Below, piece after piece: positions 1-10,188 of a stretch of DNA of 64,000 nt (the first letter of the stretch is position 1; every line of letters begins with the position of its first letter). The translations under genes and the position numbers were made by a program. Below the pieces are notes generated by a model. The model did no database searches, was not told where the DNA came from, and saw nothing but the letters and a program-made list of their open reading frames with translations. This DNA comes from Ignavibacteriota bacterium. Its GTDB lineage: Bacteria > Bacteroidota > Ignavibacteria > Palsa-1295. The stretch is from contig CAWBEI010000006.1 of NCBI GenBank assembly GCA_963787835.1, positions 128,001 through 192,000 of the forward strand, in the 5' to 3' direction.

Positions 1-1343
1 ACCGATCCTTTATTCTTGAAATGCAAACCGAGCTGCATATCTGTGAAAGAATGCGACGGCGTCCATCCGTGATCGCGGTTCCAGTATGCGTCGTAAAAGG
101 ATGAGATTTCGGTTCCGTCGTTGGTGGACTCTTTGGACGAATTGGAATTATTAAGGATGGCAGTATAAGTTTTCTCTATCGTATCGCCATAAACATCCCA
201 GCCAAAAGTTTTTGATTTTTCTGACGCCGCTTTACCTAAAGATTTTGCGTGAGCTGGATCATCAAGCAAATCGGCAACTGCGGAAGCAAGTTTATCTGCG
301 TCACCCACGGGGATAATGGCGCCATTCTCTCCATCGTCGATAAACTCGCTTGCTCCGGTGTTTTCGGATGCAATGACGGGAACTCCGGATGCCATCGCCT
401 CGGCGATCACGAGGGCCAGACCCTCCTGCATCGAAGGTTGTACGAACATATCAGCGCGATGGAAATGGCTGACTAATTCGTGATTTGGAACGAATGGAAT
501 ATGCTCATCAATTTCAGAACGCAACGGACTTGACTTCAGCCACGATTCAAAATCCTTTTCGAGGCGGCCGATCAGTTTAAGTCGAAACTTCTTTCCCTTA
601 GTCCGCATCGCATGAGCAGCTTCGAGCAAATATGGTATCCCCTTTTGGAAGCCGATGGCACCCACGTATAAAATGGTTGGAGTTTCAGAATCCGGCTTAT
701 TGGCATTAGGGTAGAATTGATCGAGATCGACTCCATATCTAACCTTCAACACCTTTTTCGGGTCGAATCCACGAGCAAGAAAACTTTGACGCGCGAATTC
801 GCTGGGCGTCATGATAATATCTGCTTCGTGATACTCTTTGAGTTGCTTCTCTTCAAGCAATCGATCCCATTTGGAGCGCTGCATCGGTGCAACACCGAAT
901 CGGTTGCGTTCCGTATCGATCAGGCGATATTGCTCTGTGATGTATGTTGAACCCCGCTCGATGATCGCGATCGCGCCGCGCGCTTTTGCTTCCCGCATTT
1001 GAAATAACGATTGGCTCGCCCAGCCCACGAACAGATCGCTGTTCGGGATATATTTGATCGCGGAACGGTCGTAAAGATTATCCTTAGCAAAGTAGGAAAG
1101 CGATTGGGAATCGCTGGCGGGAAGCTGACGCAGGGCAAAGCCGAGATATTCCGGCATAGGAACCTGACGGACGCGCTTCAAAAATTCCGGATCGCTGCGA
1201 AGTGAGTCCGGTAGCCGCCGGTTTGGCAGACGCTTCTCATTCAGCGTGCTCGTGATAAAGCGCTGAAGATGCCCGCGTTTCGCAAGCTGCTCGACTAAAT
1301 GGAACGCATGAAAACGTCCGGCTACGCTAACGGTTACTCGCAT
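1..1343 (-). CDS. GT4-family glycosyltransferase, partial (runs off the left edge), with an extra C-terminal region
   Basis: Not in the ORF track; translated by hand from ATG at 1343: MRVTVSVAGRFHAFHL...ILYVGAIGFQKGIPYLLEA...DMFVQPSMQEGLALVIAEAMASGVPVIAS (GT-B E-x7-E motif). No stop before base 1. Confidence 0.85.
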   Translation of the reverse strand, partial: MRVTVSVAGRFHAFHLVEQLAKRGHLQRFITSTLNEKRLPNRRLPDSLRSDPEFLKRVRQVPMPEYLGFALRQLPASDSQSLSYFAKDNLYDRSAIKYIPNSDLFVGWASQSLFQMREAKARGAIAIIERGSTYITEQYRLIDTERNRFGVAPMQRSKWDRLLEEKQLKEYHEADIIMTPSEFARQSFLARGFDPKKVLKVRYGVDLDQFYPNANKPDSETPTILYVGAIGFQKGIPYLLEAAHAMRTKGKKFRLKLIGRLEKDFESWLKSSPLRSEIDEHIPFVPNHELVSHFHRADMFVQPSMQEGLALVIAEAMASGVPVIASENTGASEFIDDGENGAIIPVGDADKLASAVADLLDDPAHAKSLGKAASEKSKTFGWDVYGDTIEKTYTAILNNSNSSKESTNDGTEISSFYDAYWNRDHGWTPSHSFTDMQLGLHFKNKGS

Positions 1344-1435
1344 GGATCATCGCTGCTGTTTGCGGGGCATGAGCAAACGAGCAGTGTTACAACAATTAAT
1401 TATAAACTAACCTTTTATCAGGTTGTAACCTAACA

Positions 1436-1921
1436 TCAGGCTAATTCAATTTCAAGCAAGGGGGCATTTTTTTCCACTGAACTTCCTTCGGCTACTATGA
1501 TCCGAGTGACGTGGCCGGTGACAGAAGCAAGAATATTGTTTTCCATTTTCATCGCTTCCAAAACCACCACGATCGTTGTTCGTTCTACGTTATCTCCAAG
1601 AGCGACTTTCATCGAACGAAGCAGCCCGGGCATTGGCGCTCTTATGACATGAGTTCCGGTACGAACAGTTCCAGCCGATCCCGCCAAATTAAAGCGTTCT
1701 CGAATGATACGCTCCCGCTCTGACTCGATCTTTAGCTCCGTGCCATCGAGCGCCAGCCCATCGCTAAGGCGGCCATCGGGCAGAGCAAAAACTTCGAAGT
1801 GCCTGCCATCAATAGAGATGGAGAAATGACCCGGAGTGATCTCTATCATCTCGCAATCGGCAAGCGGAACAGTGCGCCATTCGCCGTTCCACTCGATGCG
1901 TATCGTGTTTTCTGTGCTCAT
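1436..1921 (-). CDS. Biotin/lipoyl carrier protein (biotin carboxyl carrier subunit)
   Basis: IRAPMPG...LEAMKMEN biotinylation motif. Likely start is MSTENT (ATG 1921), overlapping the ribF stop as ATGA. Confidence 0.85.
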   Translation of the reverse strand: MSTENTIRIEWNGEWRTVPLADCEMIEITPGHFSISIDGRHFEVFALPDGRLSDGLALDGTELKIESERERIIRERFNLAGSAGTVRTGTHVIRAPMPGLLRSMKVALGDNVERTTIVVVLEAMKMENNILASVTGHVTRIIVAEGSSVEKNAPLLEIELA

Positions 1922-2856
1922 TTTCCTGCTAAGACTCGAATAACAGAAACGTCCGTTTCGATGGCTAATCGTAACTCTTCCAACGAAGAATATTTCTTCT
2001 GTGGGCGCAAGTATTTGAGGCAATCGACCTTGAGCTTCTGCCCGTAAAGATCACCCTGGAATCCGATGAGCAGCACTTCGATCACTCGATCGCCATCCTC
2101 GTGAACGGTTGGCTTTTTGCCGATACTGAGCGCCGCCTGATACTTCTTGTTGTTGTGGATAACATGCGCCGCATAGACCCCATCCATTGGAATCAGTTTA
2201 GAGGGATCTATTTCCAAATTCGCTGTGGGAAATCCGAGGTCGCGACCGATGGCATCGCCATGCACGACGAGGCCTTCCATGCCATAAGGACGGCCCAGCC
2301 ATTCGTTCGCGTTTGCCATATCCCCTGCTTTTATTGCGAGCCGTATCTTACTTGAACTGATAGAGATACCGTTCTTTTCTACGGGAGGTACTTCTTCTAT
2401 TATAATTCCTAATTCAGGAGCTATTTTCTTGAGATGTTCGGCATCGCCTTCCCTGTTTTTCCCGAACGCATGATTGAATCCCACGACCATCGCGCGGGTG
2501 CCAAGCTGTTTGGAAATAGTATCTTGAAAGAACTCGATGTAGGATGTTTGCGAAAATTCCGGCGTGAATTTTATCACCAGCGCTTCGTCGATGCCTTCCT
2601 GTTCGATCAATTGCAGACGCTCCTCGATGGTGGTCAGAAGTTCGACCGAGGTATCGTTCTTCCGCAGGACTTGCTGGGGGTGCGGATGGAACGTGATGAG
2701 CAGCGAACGGTCCATGCCGAGCTCATGCTTTCGCTGACGGAGTCGCGCAAGGATCTGTTTATGGCCGAGATGAACGCCATCGTAACTACCGAGCGTGGTG
2801 ATCGTCTTCGGTGAAAAGGTCGCGTTTTCTAATCCCCAGGTAACTTTCAAGTACAA
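1918..2856 (-). CDS. ribF: Bifunctional riboflavin kinase/FAD synthetase
   Basis: GSYDGVHLGH, ISSSKIR and GRDLGFPTANL motifs; lies downstream of truB. Confidence 0.95.
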   Translation of the reverse strand: MYLKVTWGLENATFSPKTITTLGSYDGVHLGHKQILARLRQRKHELGMDRSLLITFHPHPQQVLRKNDTSVELLTTIEERLQLIEQEGIDEALVIKFTPEFSQTSYIEFFQDTISKQLGTRAMVVGFNHAFGKNREGDAEHLKKIAPELGIIIEEVPPVEKNGISISSSKIRLAIKAGDMANANEWLGRPYGMEGLVVHGDAIGRDLGFPTANLEIDPSKLIPMDGVYAAHVIHNNKKYQAALSIGKKPTVHEDGDRVIEVLLIGFQGDLYGQKLKVDCLKYLRPQKKYSSLEELRLAIETDVSVIRVLAGK

Positions 2857-2881
2857 AAAATGATTAAAAACCTAAAAACAA

Positions 2882-3035
2882 TGTCATTCTGAGCGTAGCA
2901 AAACGGAGTCCGCCCCTCGGACTCCGTTTTGCGAAGTCGAAGAATCTTTTGCACTTTCAGAGATCCTTCGACTCCATTCGTCCCTCCACGCATCGTGGGC
3001 GATGCGTGGAGGGACGAACTCCGCTCAGGATGACA
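2882..3035. repeat. Branched palindromic REP/MITE-like element
   Basis: Ends TGTCATTCTGAGCG...CGCTCAGGATGACA. Internal hairpins GCAAAACGGAGTCCG/CGGACTCCGTTTTGC and TTCGTCCCTCCACGCATCG/CGATGCGTGGAGGGACGAA. Confidence 0.8.
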
Positions 3036-3789
3036 GGCTAACATCATTAGAAGTTTGTTGAATTGCGGTCGTTACTTCGTTCAACGGTATCGCATCGCTT
3101 ACGCGCCATTCGCCGATGGCTTCGCGATCGAGATCGATAAGGATGCCGCCGGTTCCGAGCGTAACGGCAATATCTCGAACGAGGCTGCGAATATATGTCC
3201 CTTTCGAAACACGCACCCGGAAAGTGATATACGGTAATTCGACAGAGATAATTTCAACTTCATGCACAAAAATACTTCGGGCGGTCATTACCGGCGTTCT
3301 TCCCGCGCGGGCAGCGTGATAAACCGGCTGCCCGCCTTGCTTGATGGCGCTATAGATCGGCGGCATTTGCTCATGATCGCCTGGAAGCCCATTGATGGCG
3401 GATTCCACTGCTTCACACGTGATGTGTTGCTCATCGCCAATGATCTCAATAGGCCGTTCGAGATCGAAACTGGGGCTGGTTACTCCGAAGCGCATTCGGA
3501 CGCGATATGTTTTATCAAGACCAATAAGATTCGCTAGCTCTTTTGTTTTATGCCGCGTGGCAATGATGAGCAAACCGGTTGCAAGCGGATCGAGTGTGCC
3601 GGCATGACCGCACTTTACGCGCCGGATACCGGTAACGCGGCTCATTGCTTTACGGATCTGGTTCACGGCGTAGAAGGAAGTCTCGCCGTACGGTTTTTGG
3701 ATCAATAATAATGCGCCTTCAGAACTAAGAATCTGCTCTCGCGCAGTCGTTGGATCAGCAAGGAGGGATGAGCGGTCAATAAGTTCCAA
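3025..3789 (-). CDS. truB: tRNA pseudouridine(55) synthase
   Basis: KCGHAGTLDPLATG, QMPPIYSAIK and VSKGTYIRSL motifs. Confidence 0.95.
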   Translation of the reverse strand: MELIDRSSLLADPTTAREQILSSEGALLLIQKPYGETSFYAVNQIRKAMSRVTGIRRVKCGHAGTLDPLATGLLIIATRHKTKELANLIGLDKTYRVRMRFGVTSPSFDLERPIEIIGDEQHITCEAVESAINGLPGDHEQMPPIYSAIKQGGQPVYHAARAGRTPVMTARSIFVHEVEIISVELPYITFRVRVSKGTYIRSLVRDIAVTLGTGGILIDLDREAIGEWRVSDAIPLNEVTTAIQQTSNDVSLSS

Positions 3790-3827
3790 AAGTATAGTAA
3801 ATGTATCTCTAGTGAATGTTTTTATAC

Positions 3828-3953
3828 GTCATTGCGAGGAGAAGAGAACGACCGGAGGGAGTTCGATTCGACGAAGCAATCTCTTCACTGCAAGATTGAG
3901 ATTGCTTCGTCGGAATCACTCCGCTTCGCTCCGTGATTCCAACTCGCAATGAC
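3828..3953. repeat. Palindromic REP/MITE-like element (second type)
   Basis: GTCATTGCGAG...CTCGCAATGAC ends with an inner GACGAAGCAATCT/AGATTGCTTCGTC stem. Confidence 0.8.
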
Positions 3954-3965
3954 ATCGTTATACAT

Positions 3966-4334
3966 TTATGATTCTTTTTCCTGAGACGGTGGCCGCGACT
4001 CCCCTATTTTCTTGAAGATCTCTTCGATATGGGCTACTTCCTCCTGGGTCTGATCTAAATAAAAGAAAAGCTCCGGAGCATAACGCAAACGGATGGCTTT
4101 GGCGACGGCGGCGCGAAGGTGAGGCGCTTCGCTCTTGATCTTCTCGAGTACGCTTGCGCCCGGAGCACTCCCGCCGAGCAGACTCACATAGACCCGCGCA
4201 CTGCGCAGATCCGGAGACATGCGGACTTTGGTGACCGTAATAAGGCCATCCGTAAGGCTGGAAAAATCGGTTTGAAGGGCATGGGCAAGCGCCTGCTGCA
4301 CTTCCCCGCCCACGCGCTCGGTTCGTATTGACAT
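3966..4334 (-). CDS. rbfA: 30S ribosome-binding factor A
   Basis: RTERVG, ITVTKVRMSPDLRSARVYVS and RLRYAPELFF motifs. Confidence 0.95.
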   Translation of the reverse strand: MSIRTERVGGEVQQALAHALQTDFSSLTDGLITVTKVRMSPDLRSARVYVSLLGGSAPGASVLEKIKSEAPHLRAAVAKAIRLRYAPELFFYLDQTQEEVAHIEEIFKKIGESRPPSQEKES

Positions 4335-4402
4335 AATGAAGAAAACAGGAGGATCGGGAGGGCGTTCCTTAGGAATTGCAGAACAGCATATTACCGGAAT
4401 AA

Positions 4403-4410
4403 TATCTTTG
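4403..4410 (+). promoter_or_regulatory. Bacteroidota-type -7 promoter element (TAnnTTTG)
   Basis: TATCTTTG about 80 nt upstream of ATG 4491. The same motif occurs on the minus strand at 44575-44582, 45264-45271 and 46431-46438, each upstream of a gene. Confidence 0.5.
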
Positions 4411-4490
4411 CATATTCATGAAACGAAATGAATGTTCGGGTGTTTTTAAGTCGAGTATTGGTTCGTTTTTAGGATTTGAGGGCAAATGTT

Positions 4491-5258
4491 ATGAAAAAAG
4501 CTTTATTCGCGGTTCTGATGCTTCTCGCTATGACGAGCTGCCTACACGCACAAGCAGTTGACCCAACCTGCCTTGTTCTTTGGCAAAAGGTGTATTACCC
4601 AAACGTGCCCGACAGCCTCATTGATAATTACGATAGTGCGATGGTGGATACATGCAATGATTCGATAGCCATTCACGAGGGTTTACCAGAGATTTATCTT
4701 CAACATTATTGGGAGTTCGTTTTTCAGTACGATATTTTACCACTTGATTCCGTCAATGCAGACAGCACCTTGATTGTCGGTTGGGATGCTATAGATACAA
4801 ACTATCGTGCTACAAGGGATTCTTTCCAAAGAATGGCAGCCAAATATGGTTCGGTTCGACTTCGAAAAGCATTCCCCAATGTCATCGATAGCACGATCCA
4901 ATCATCGAACGCTTTTGCCTTGATATTAGGCTCGTATTACCCAGCGGATTCCGTTCTAAACGATCTATTAAACGTTCCATTAGTTTCCTATGCATGGTAC
5001 GATCACCCTGCACCAGTGGAGATGGTCAACCAAACACAGACTCTCGACGCAATCAAAATTATTTACATTGATCCTTTACATATTCGACTCTCGGGTATCG
5101 AAGAGAGTTGTCCCTATGTTATTTTCGATATTATTGGACGAGAAATAAGTGAAGGTAAAATTGAAGGGTTAGGTATCATAGACTTGACCATTCTTAAGGC
5201 AGGATGTTATTTTGTTTTCCTTAACAATCATATATTACATTTTTTCCGTGAGCCATAA
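4491..5258 (+). CDS. Secreted protein: stand-alone subtilase pro-domain paralog plus T9SS-type CTD
   Basis: Signal peptide MKKALF...LHA-Q. C-terminus IFDIIGREI...IDLTILKAGCYFV is CTD-like. The middle aligns without gaps to the N-terminal region of the downstream S8 protease. Confidence 0.8.
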   Translation: MKKALFAVLMLLAMTSCLHAQAVDPTCLVLWQKVYYPNVPDSLIDNYDSAMVDTCNDSIAIHEGLPEIYLQHYWEFVFQYDILPLDSVNADSTLIVGWDAIDTNYRATRDSFQRMAAKYGSVRLRKAFPNVIDSTIQSSNAFALILGSYYPADSVLNDLLNVPLVSYAWYDHPAPVEMVNQTQTLDAIKIIYIDPLHIRLSGIEESCPYVIFDIIGREISEGKIEGLGIIDLTILKAGCYFVFLNNHILHFFREP

Positions 5259-5288
5259 CCTACCAAATTCTTATTTTAGAACAATCTT

Positions 5289-8200
5289 ATGAAACGTGTG
5301 TCACTGTTTTTCTTACTAATCCTTGGTTTTGCAAGTGGTTTATATGCACAACCATCAACATACCCCCTATACCAGAACATCTTCGGCGCGACCTATCTTA
5401 ATGCTGACTCAGTCAGAGTCGATACGACCACTGGCTCACCTACATTCCATCATCTTTTTGCGAAACGCTATTTTGCAATCTCATTTACTTATGATATCAT
5501 GCCTCTCGACTCAGTATCCTCCGACAGCGTCTTGATTGTTGGTATCAGCGCTATTAACGGTTCATACTCCGTGATCCGAACTCAATTCGATTCACTGCAA
5601 GTAAAGCTCGGAACTATCTCATTTCAGAAGGCATATCCAGCAATCGCCGATAGTACTATTGCTTGTTCAAATGCGTTTGGACTTTTCTTTGCGAATTATG
5701 TCGATGTTGACACTGCTACTTTTTATCTTCAGCAAATTCCACTTACCCATGTTCGATTCGCAAGCATGCCATACGTCAACTGTGTGATCCCAACGGATGC
5801 CGGAATGATACCTGGAACACCTGCTTCTGCACTTCCTCCTGATGGCTCTAACCCACCTTCTGGTTATGCGACAAACTTTCATCCACTTGGGTGGGAATGG
5901 AGTCTCTACAAAATGAAATGCCCAATGGCGTGGGAAATTACGATGGGAAGGCCGGATGTATACATACTTGATGCAGATGATTGGGACTATACAACCCCGA
6001 GCGTCAATGCTGACTTAGTACCTAACTTTAAAACAATCAGCGCAAACACAGATTTGGGTTGGCCTTCTTTACCACTTTACGAAGGACATGGTCATAAGTG
6101 CATTGGTCAGGCTATTGCTGCGGCAGGCAATGGCTATTCTATGGTAGGCGTTGCCCCGAAGTGCAAGGCGCTGGGCATAGGGCACGGCTTCGGTGATCCA
6201 GATTATGAACATATCGACTGCGATGGTCTTAAGAACGGTATTAAAACATACGCAGATGTTATTTATGCTGCTAGCGGTAACCCTGGTGACTTTCTAAATA
6301 TGTTTAATCTCGGCACTGTAGCAACGTTCGCTGCTGGAAATGGGCTTGGACGATTTAATGACGGTTCGGGTGGATCATACCAGGAATACCCGACCGAGTT
6401 TGGACCTTTTGGATGGGGTATTTTCTACATCGACAATAACCCGGCTCACGATATTCCGTTCATTGGTGTTACAATTACTATGGATGGCTTCGATACGTAT
6501 TGCCCGAATGCGTGGTCTTGGTCCAAAGAGGGTGCGGAAACGATTGCAGATTACTACAGTTGGTCTTCAGGGTTGGAGAAATTTGATCAAACCTCTGATC
6601 CAACAATACGTGGACCTTTGAAAGGTCACGCATTCGTTGATCTTGTGGCCCCGGGCCTTGAGGTGCTTTGTGCGTATGGCTCGCCGACTTCCTCTACTTA
6701 CGCAGTCGAAAGCGGCACATCTTTTGCAGCGCCCGAAGTAGCAGGTGTGGCCGCATTGATGAAATCTATCGGCATCAATGGCAATACGCAAGCAAATCAC
6801 TATCTTGGAGTCAACCTTGCAGGGGGAATACCGACGAATGGGGCAGACGTTGAGATGATGGCTCATTTGATTTTAACGTTTACTGCCTATAAGATTGCGG
6901 ACATCTCACGGGACGCAATTGATCCTGGAACTGGAATAGCAATCGCACAGGGGTTCCCTGCAAGTTCAAGCGATGTAGTTTACACTTCGGGTGATCTCGA
7001 TTCTCGTTATGCTAGTGGAACAACACTTACTCCCTGGCAGTATGATTACAATAACAATTCCACGTTTCTGAGTAAAGACGTAGTTGAGCTACCGGGAGAT
7101 GGAATATCTCGAACTCTCAATCGTTCTTGGGCGCAGCGAGTTGGCTTTGGACGGGTAAATGCTTATCGCGCTGTTGCAAACTCGATACCTGTAATCGGAA
7201 ATTACGAATATTCTTCATCCACTCTTCACTTAGGTTTTACTACTGCTGCCGAGAATGAGAACAGCGCGTTCCTAATGCACTTCGGCGCATGGAAAGATGC
7301 AACCCATAAAACTCTTGTAGCTGGCGGAAATATCATTCCTAATCAGAATCTCGTTCCACCTTACGTCGCGTGGCCCCATTTAAATCAAGGGCAGACAGTG
7401 ATTAATAGTGCTAGTGGGACTCCGACAGTTCTCACAGTCGGGGATGACCCTTCCCCGGGCAACTTCGATATTCTCGCAATTGATGGGAACCTGATCGGAG
7501 ACGGTCTTGCAAATAACAAAATCACGACGACGAGCAATGGAAAAATCCTCATAACTGGTTATCTACAAGATGTCGAAGTTACCGGTGCGACGACGAAAGT
7601 CGATGACCTCATAATTTATTCAAGTGGCAGTAATGGCTATAGTAATGTGACTGTTGGAAGTGGCCAGACATCAGAGATCTACGGTGTCGTTCAACTACAA
7701 GATAATGGTAACTTTATTGTCAACGGTGGCACCCTTACCATTCAGCCTGGGGGTGAGATCGAAATGGAGGGAAATAACGGTTTCGACATTCTGAGTGGTA
7801 GCCATGTCATCATGGAGGCAAGCTCAACCATCGCGAATGAATGGGTAAAAGTAGAGAGCGGAGCAACTCTGGAAATAAAGGGTTTACTCCCAGCAAGTAT
7901 TTTCTCGGATTTACTCGTTGAATCTGGTGGACAAGTGATAATTGATGCTGGCGCAACACTGCAACTTGACGAATTTACGGTATATTCAGGTGGGTCGATT
8001 ACTGTCCTGGGTGGTACGGGCACTGGTGGTACTCCAGCACTTCCAGGGGGAAGACTGACATTAAATAAGAGCACAACAAACACATGCCTGGGCACTTTGT
8101 CATTTGAAGGGGTAACAGGCGTGGGCAATCGTTGTACCTTAACAGGTGGCATCTCGGCCTGCGGCCAAGTTGATCAAAATGCTATTATACTTGTAAGGGG

Positions 8201-10085
8201 TTCAACAACCCTTCCTACTCCTTCAACGGATGCAACGATCAACATGGTTTATACCGATGATAGCGATGTGGAGATTAAGGTTCAGGATGCCTTAAAATAT
8301 CCTTTCATTCACGACTGCTTCTCAGCTAACTCATCGTTCAAAGGTACCTCACCGAATTTACCAATCTCGACGATGCTTTACGTGGCAAATTCAGAAGTCT
8401 ATCCTCGCTTATCGGGGGCAAACCCCGAGCTCACCAATATTCAGGTTACGAATTGCCGTTTTTTCGATGAATTAACAGGCACTTATATCATTCCAGCATA
8501 TCACACCATCGATTGTTTTTATGCCTCTAATCTTTATGGGGCCAGCGCTGCTCCCATGCTCATCGCGTACGATACTTTCTATAATGCGCGAATCGGATGC
8601 CAATCCTATCATTGCTCAAATTTGAGGTACAGTTATGATTTAGTCGGGTTGTCTCCTGGTAGCGCCGCCTCCCCGATGCAGCATGGCATTACCGATTATT
8701 CCTCATACGGTGACATCTGCAATTCCTCCATAGAATATTGCGTGGATGGAGGTATCGGTGAATTCAATCATGCCTTTGTTTTCCTCTATGACAATCTACT
8801 CTATGGAAATAGTTATTGGGAACTTACAGCTCAAAATGGCAACAATTGTTGGGTGCGAGGGAATTCATTCTCCACATTTCAGCAATGGGGTGGATGGTCA
8901 TTAGGTGCAGGAAGTTGGATTTACCTATCCGACTTGGTAACAACCGAATATGGAAAAAGTCAATTCCAAACTATAGATGCTGGCAACAGCGCGGATCTTG
9001 TTAGGGGGGGAAATAAAGCCTCTTCCCTTCACGGGGGCGGTTTGTCCATTCAATGTGGGCGTAATTCCTTTGGCTCGACCGAGAGTTGGCACCTCGTTAA
9101 TAACGATCCAGGGTTAGGTACTTACACTATGCCTGTTCAATACAATAATTTTCAGTCTGGCGGCACCGTGCGTCAAATTCGAGTAACGGCGACTGGCACT
9201 CCATTGAATGTCTCTACAACTGACCCTCAGACTAATTGTACAGATGTAATCGATTTAAGTCCGGAATGTACAATTCCGATTGGTAATCCCTACCCTCCAA
9301 CTTCCGAATGGTTTCCAACGGATTCCTCAAGTTCAACCCTAAAAACCGCATTCTGGAACGCGAGAGGAATGCTACTTTCCGATACCAATACCGACGATAT
9401 ACGTATGGCAAGTGCGTCAGACGAAATAGGGCTTGCTGGGTTAATCGATTCATCAGCTACGTATTTGAATCAAGCCCTTGCGGACTTCAACTACGTTCTC
9501 GGGTTGGGGACAACCTTACCTGACCTTAAGAGCAGTTTGTGGATGATGAAAGGCCAAATCTATGAGGAGCAAGGGCTAACAACCTCGGCAATACATTGCT
9601 ATGATACGATCACCTCAAATTATCATCAATACACTGATTCTATTTATGCTGTTTGGTCATTACAGCATCTCGCGCTTCCAAATGATTCAACAAGCAGCTT
9701 CGATTCCTTGCAAAACATCTATGTAACTCGTGTTATCAACGATCTCATCTCGATACAGGATACAATCTCTGGCGGTGGCGGCGAAAAGATGGCGGATGGG
9801 CATCCTATGGCAGATACTACAACGCTACAAGTCACTGTCCATCCGAATCCGGCTTCGGGCATTGTAAAAGTCTGCGTGGCAGATTTACCCGGCGGCATTC
9901 CTGTTGTGGTGAATGTCGTGAACCAAATGGGTGCTTCGGTTGCAACGCTTTATAATGCAACTCCGGAGGCCGAGCTTGGCCTATGCCTATCGCTCGATTG
10001 CTCCATGCTTCCCAGCGGTATCTACTATGCGGATCTCCAAACGGAAGGCACGCACAATGCTGTGAAGTTTACAGTATCACATTAA
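5289..10085 (+). CDS. Large secreted S8 (subtilisin-like) serine protease with beta-rich region, TPR-like segment and T9SS CTD
   Basis: Signal peptide; AWEITMG; ILD (Asp), GHG (His), FAAGNG (oxyanion Asn), SGTSFAAPEVAG (Ser); CTD VHPNPASG...LPSGIYY...KFTV. Confidence 0.9.
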   Translation: MKRVSLFFLLILGFASGLYAQPSTYPLYQNIFGATYLNADSVRVDTTTGSPTFHHLFAKRYFAISFTYDIMPLDSVSSDSVLIVGISAINGSYSVIRTQFDSLQVKLGTISFQKAYPAIADSTIACSNAFGLFFANYVDVDTATFYLQQIPLTHVRFASMPYVNCVIPTDAGMIPGTPASALPPDGSNPPSGYATNFHPLGWEWSLYKMKCPMAWEITMGRPDVYILDADDWDYTTPSVNADLVPNFKTISANTDLGWPSLPLYEGHGHKCIGQAIAAAGNGYSMVGVAPKCKALGIGHGFGDPDYEHIDCDGLKNGIKTYADVIYAASGNPGDFLNMFNLGTVATFAAGNGLGRFNDGSGGSYQEYPTEFGPFGWGIFYIDNNPAHDIPFIGVTITMDGFDTYCPNAWSWSKEGAETIADYYSWSSGLEKFDQTSDPTIRGPLKGHAFVDLVAPGLEVLCAYGSPTSSTYAVESGTSFAAPEVAGVAALMKSIGINGNTQANHYLGVNLAGGIPTNGADVEMMAHLILTFTAYKIADISRDAIDPGTGIAIAQGFPASSSDVVYTSGDLDSRYASGTTLTPWQYDYNNNSTFLSKDVVELPGDGISRTLNRSWAQRVGFGRVNAYRAVANSIPVIGNYEYSSSTLHLGFTTAAENENSAFLMHFGAWKDATHKTLVAGGNIIPNQNLVPPYVAWPHLNQGQTVINSASGTPTVLTVGDDPSPGNFDILAIDGNLIGDGLANNKITTTSNGKILITGYLQDVEVTGATTKVDDLIIYSSGSNGYSNVTVGSGQTSEIYGVVQLQDNGNFIVNGGTLTIQPGGEIEMEGNNGFDILSGSHVIMEASSTIANEWVKVESGATLEIKGLLPASIFSDLLVESGGQVIIDAGATLQLDEFTVYSGGSITVLGGTGTGGTPALPGGRLTLNKSTTNTCLGTLSFEGVTGVGNRCTLTGGISACGQVDQNAIILVRGSTTLPTPSTDATINMVYTDDSDVEIKVQDALKYPFIHDCFSANSSFKGTSPNLPISTMLYVANSEVYPRLSGANPELTNIQVTNCRFFDELTGTYIIPAYHTIDCFYASNLYGASAAPMLIAYDTFYNARIGCQSYHCSNLRYSYDLVGLSPGSAASPMQHGITDYSSYGDICNSSIEYCVDGGIGEFNHAFVFLYDNLLYGNSYWELTAQNGNNCWVRGNSFSTFQQWGGWSLGAGSWIYLSDLVTTEYGKSQFQTIDAGNSADLVRGGNKASSLHGGGLSIQCGRNSFGSTESWHLVNNDPGLGTYTMPVQYNNFQSGGTVRQIRVTATGTPLNVSTTDPQTNCTDVIDLSPECTIPIGNPYPPTSEWFPTDSSSSTLKTAFWNARGMLLSDTNTDDIRMASASDEIGLAGLIDSSATYLNQALADFNYVLGLGTTLPDLKSSLWMMKGQIYEEQGLTTSAIHCYDTITSNYHQYTDSIYAVWSLQHLALPNDSTSSFDSLQNIYVTRVINDLISIQDTISGGGGEKMADGHPMADTTTLQVTVHPNPASGIVKVCVADLPGGIPVVVNVVNQMGASVATLYNATPEAELGLCLSLDCSMLPSGIYYADLQTEGTHNAVKFTVSH

Positions 10086-10104
10086 GCGCTTCTAAAATCA
10101 ACTC

Positions 10105-10144
10105 TAACCCGCGCAAGCCGAATTTCTTGCGCGGGTTATTTTTT
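10105..10144 (+). terminator. Rho-independent terminator
   Basis: TAACCCGCGCAAG/CTTGCGCGGGTTA stem followed by a T-run, after the protease stop. Confidence 0.8.
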
Positions 10145-10188
10145 GTCGTATATTGGTGGTGAGTTGATGGGCACCTATATGAATTTTC

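Noticed and set aside
2847-3047. 66-aa ORF between truB and ribF
   Set aside because: It is a translation of the palindromic repeat.
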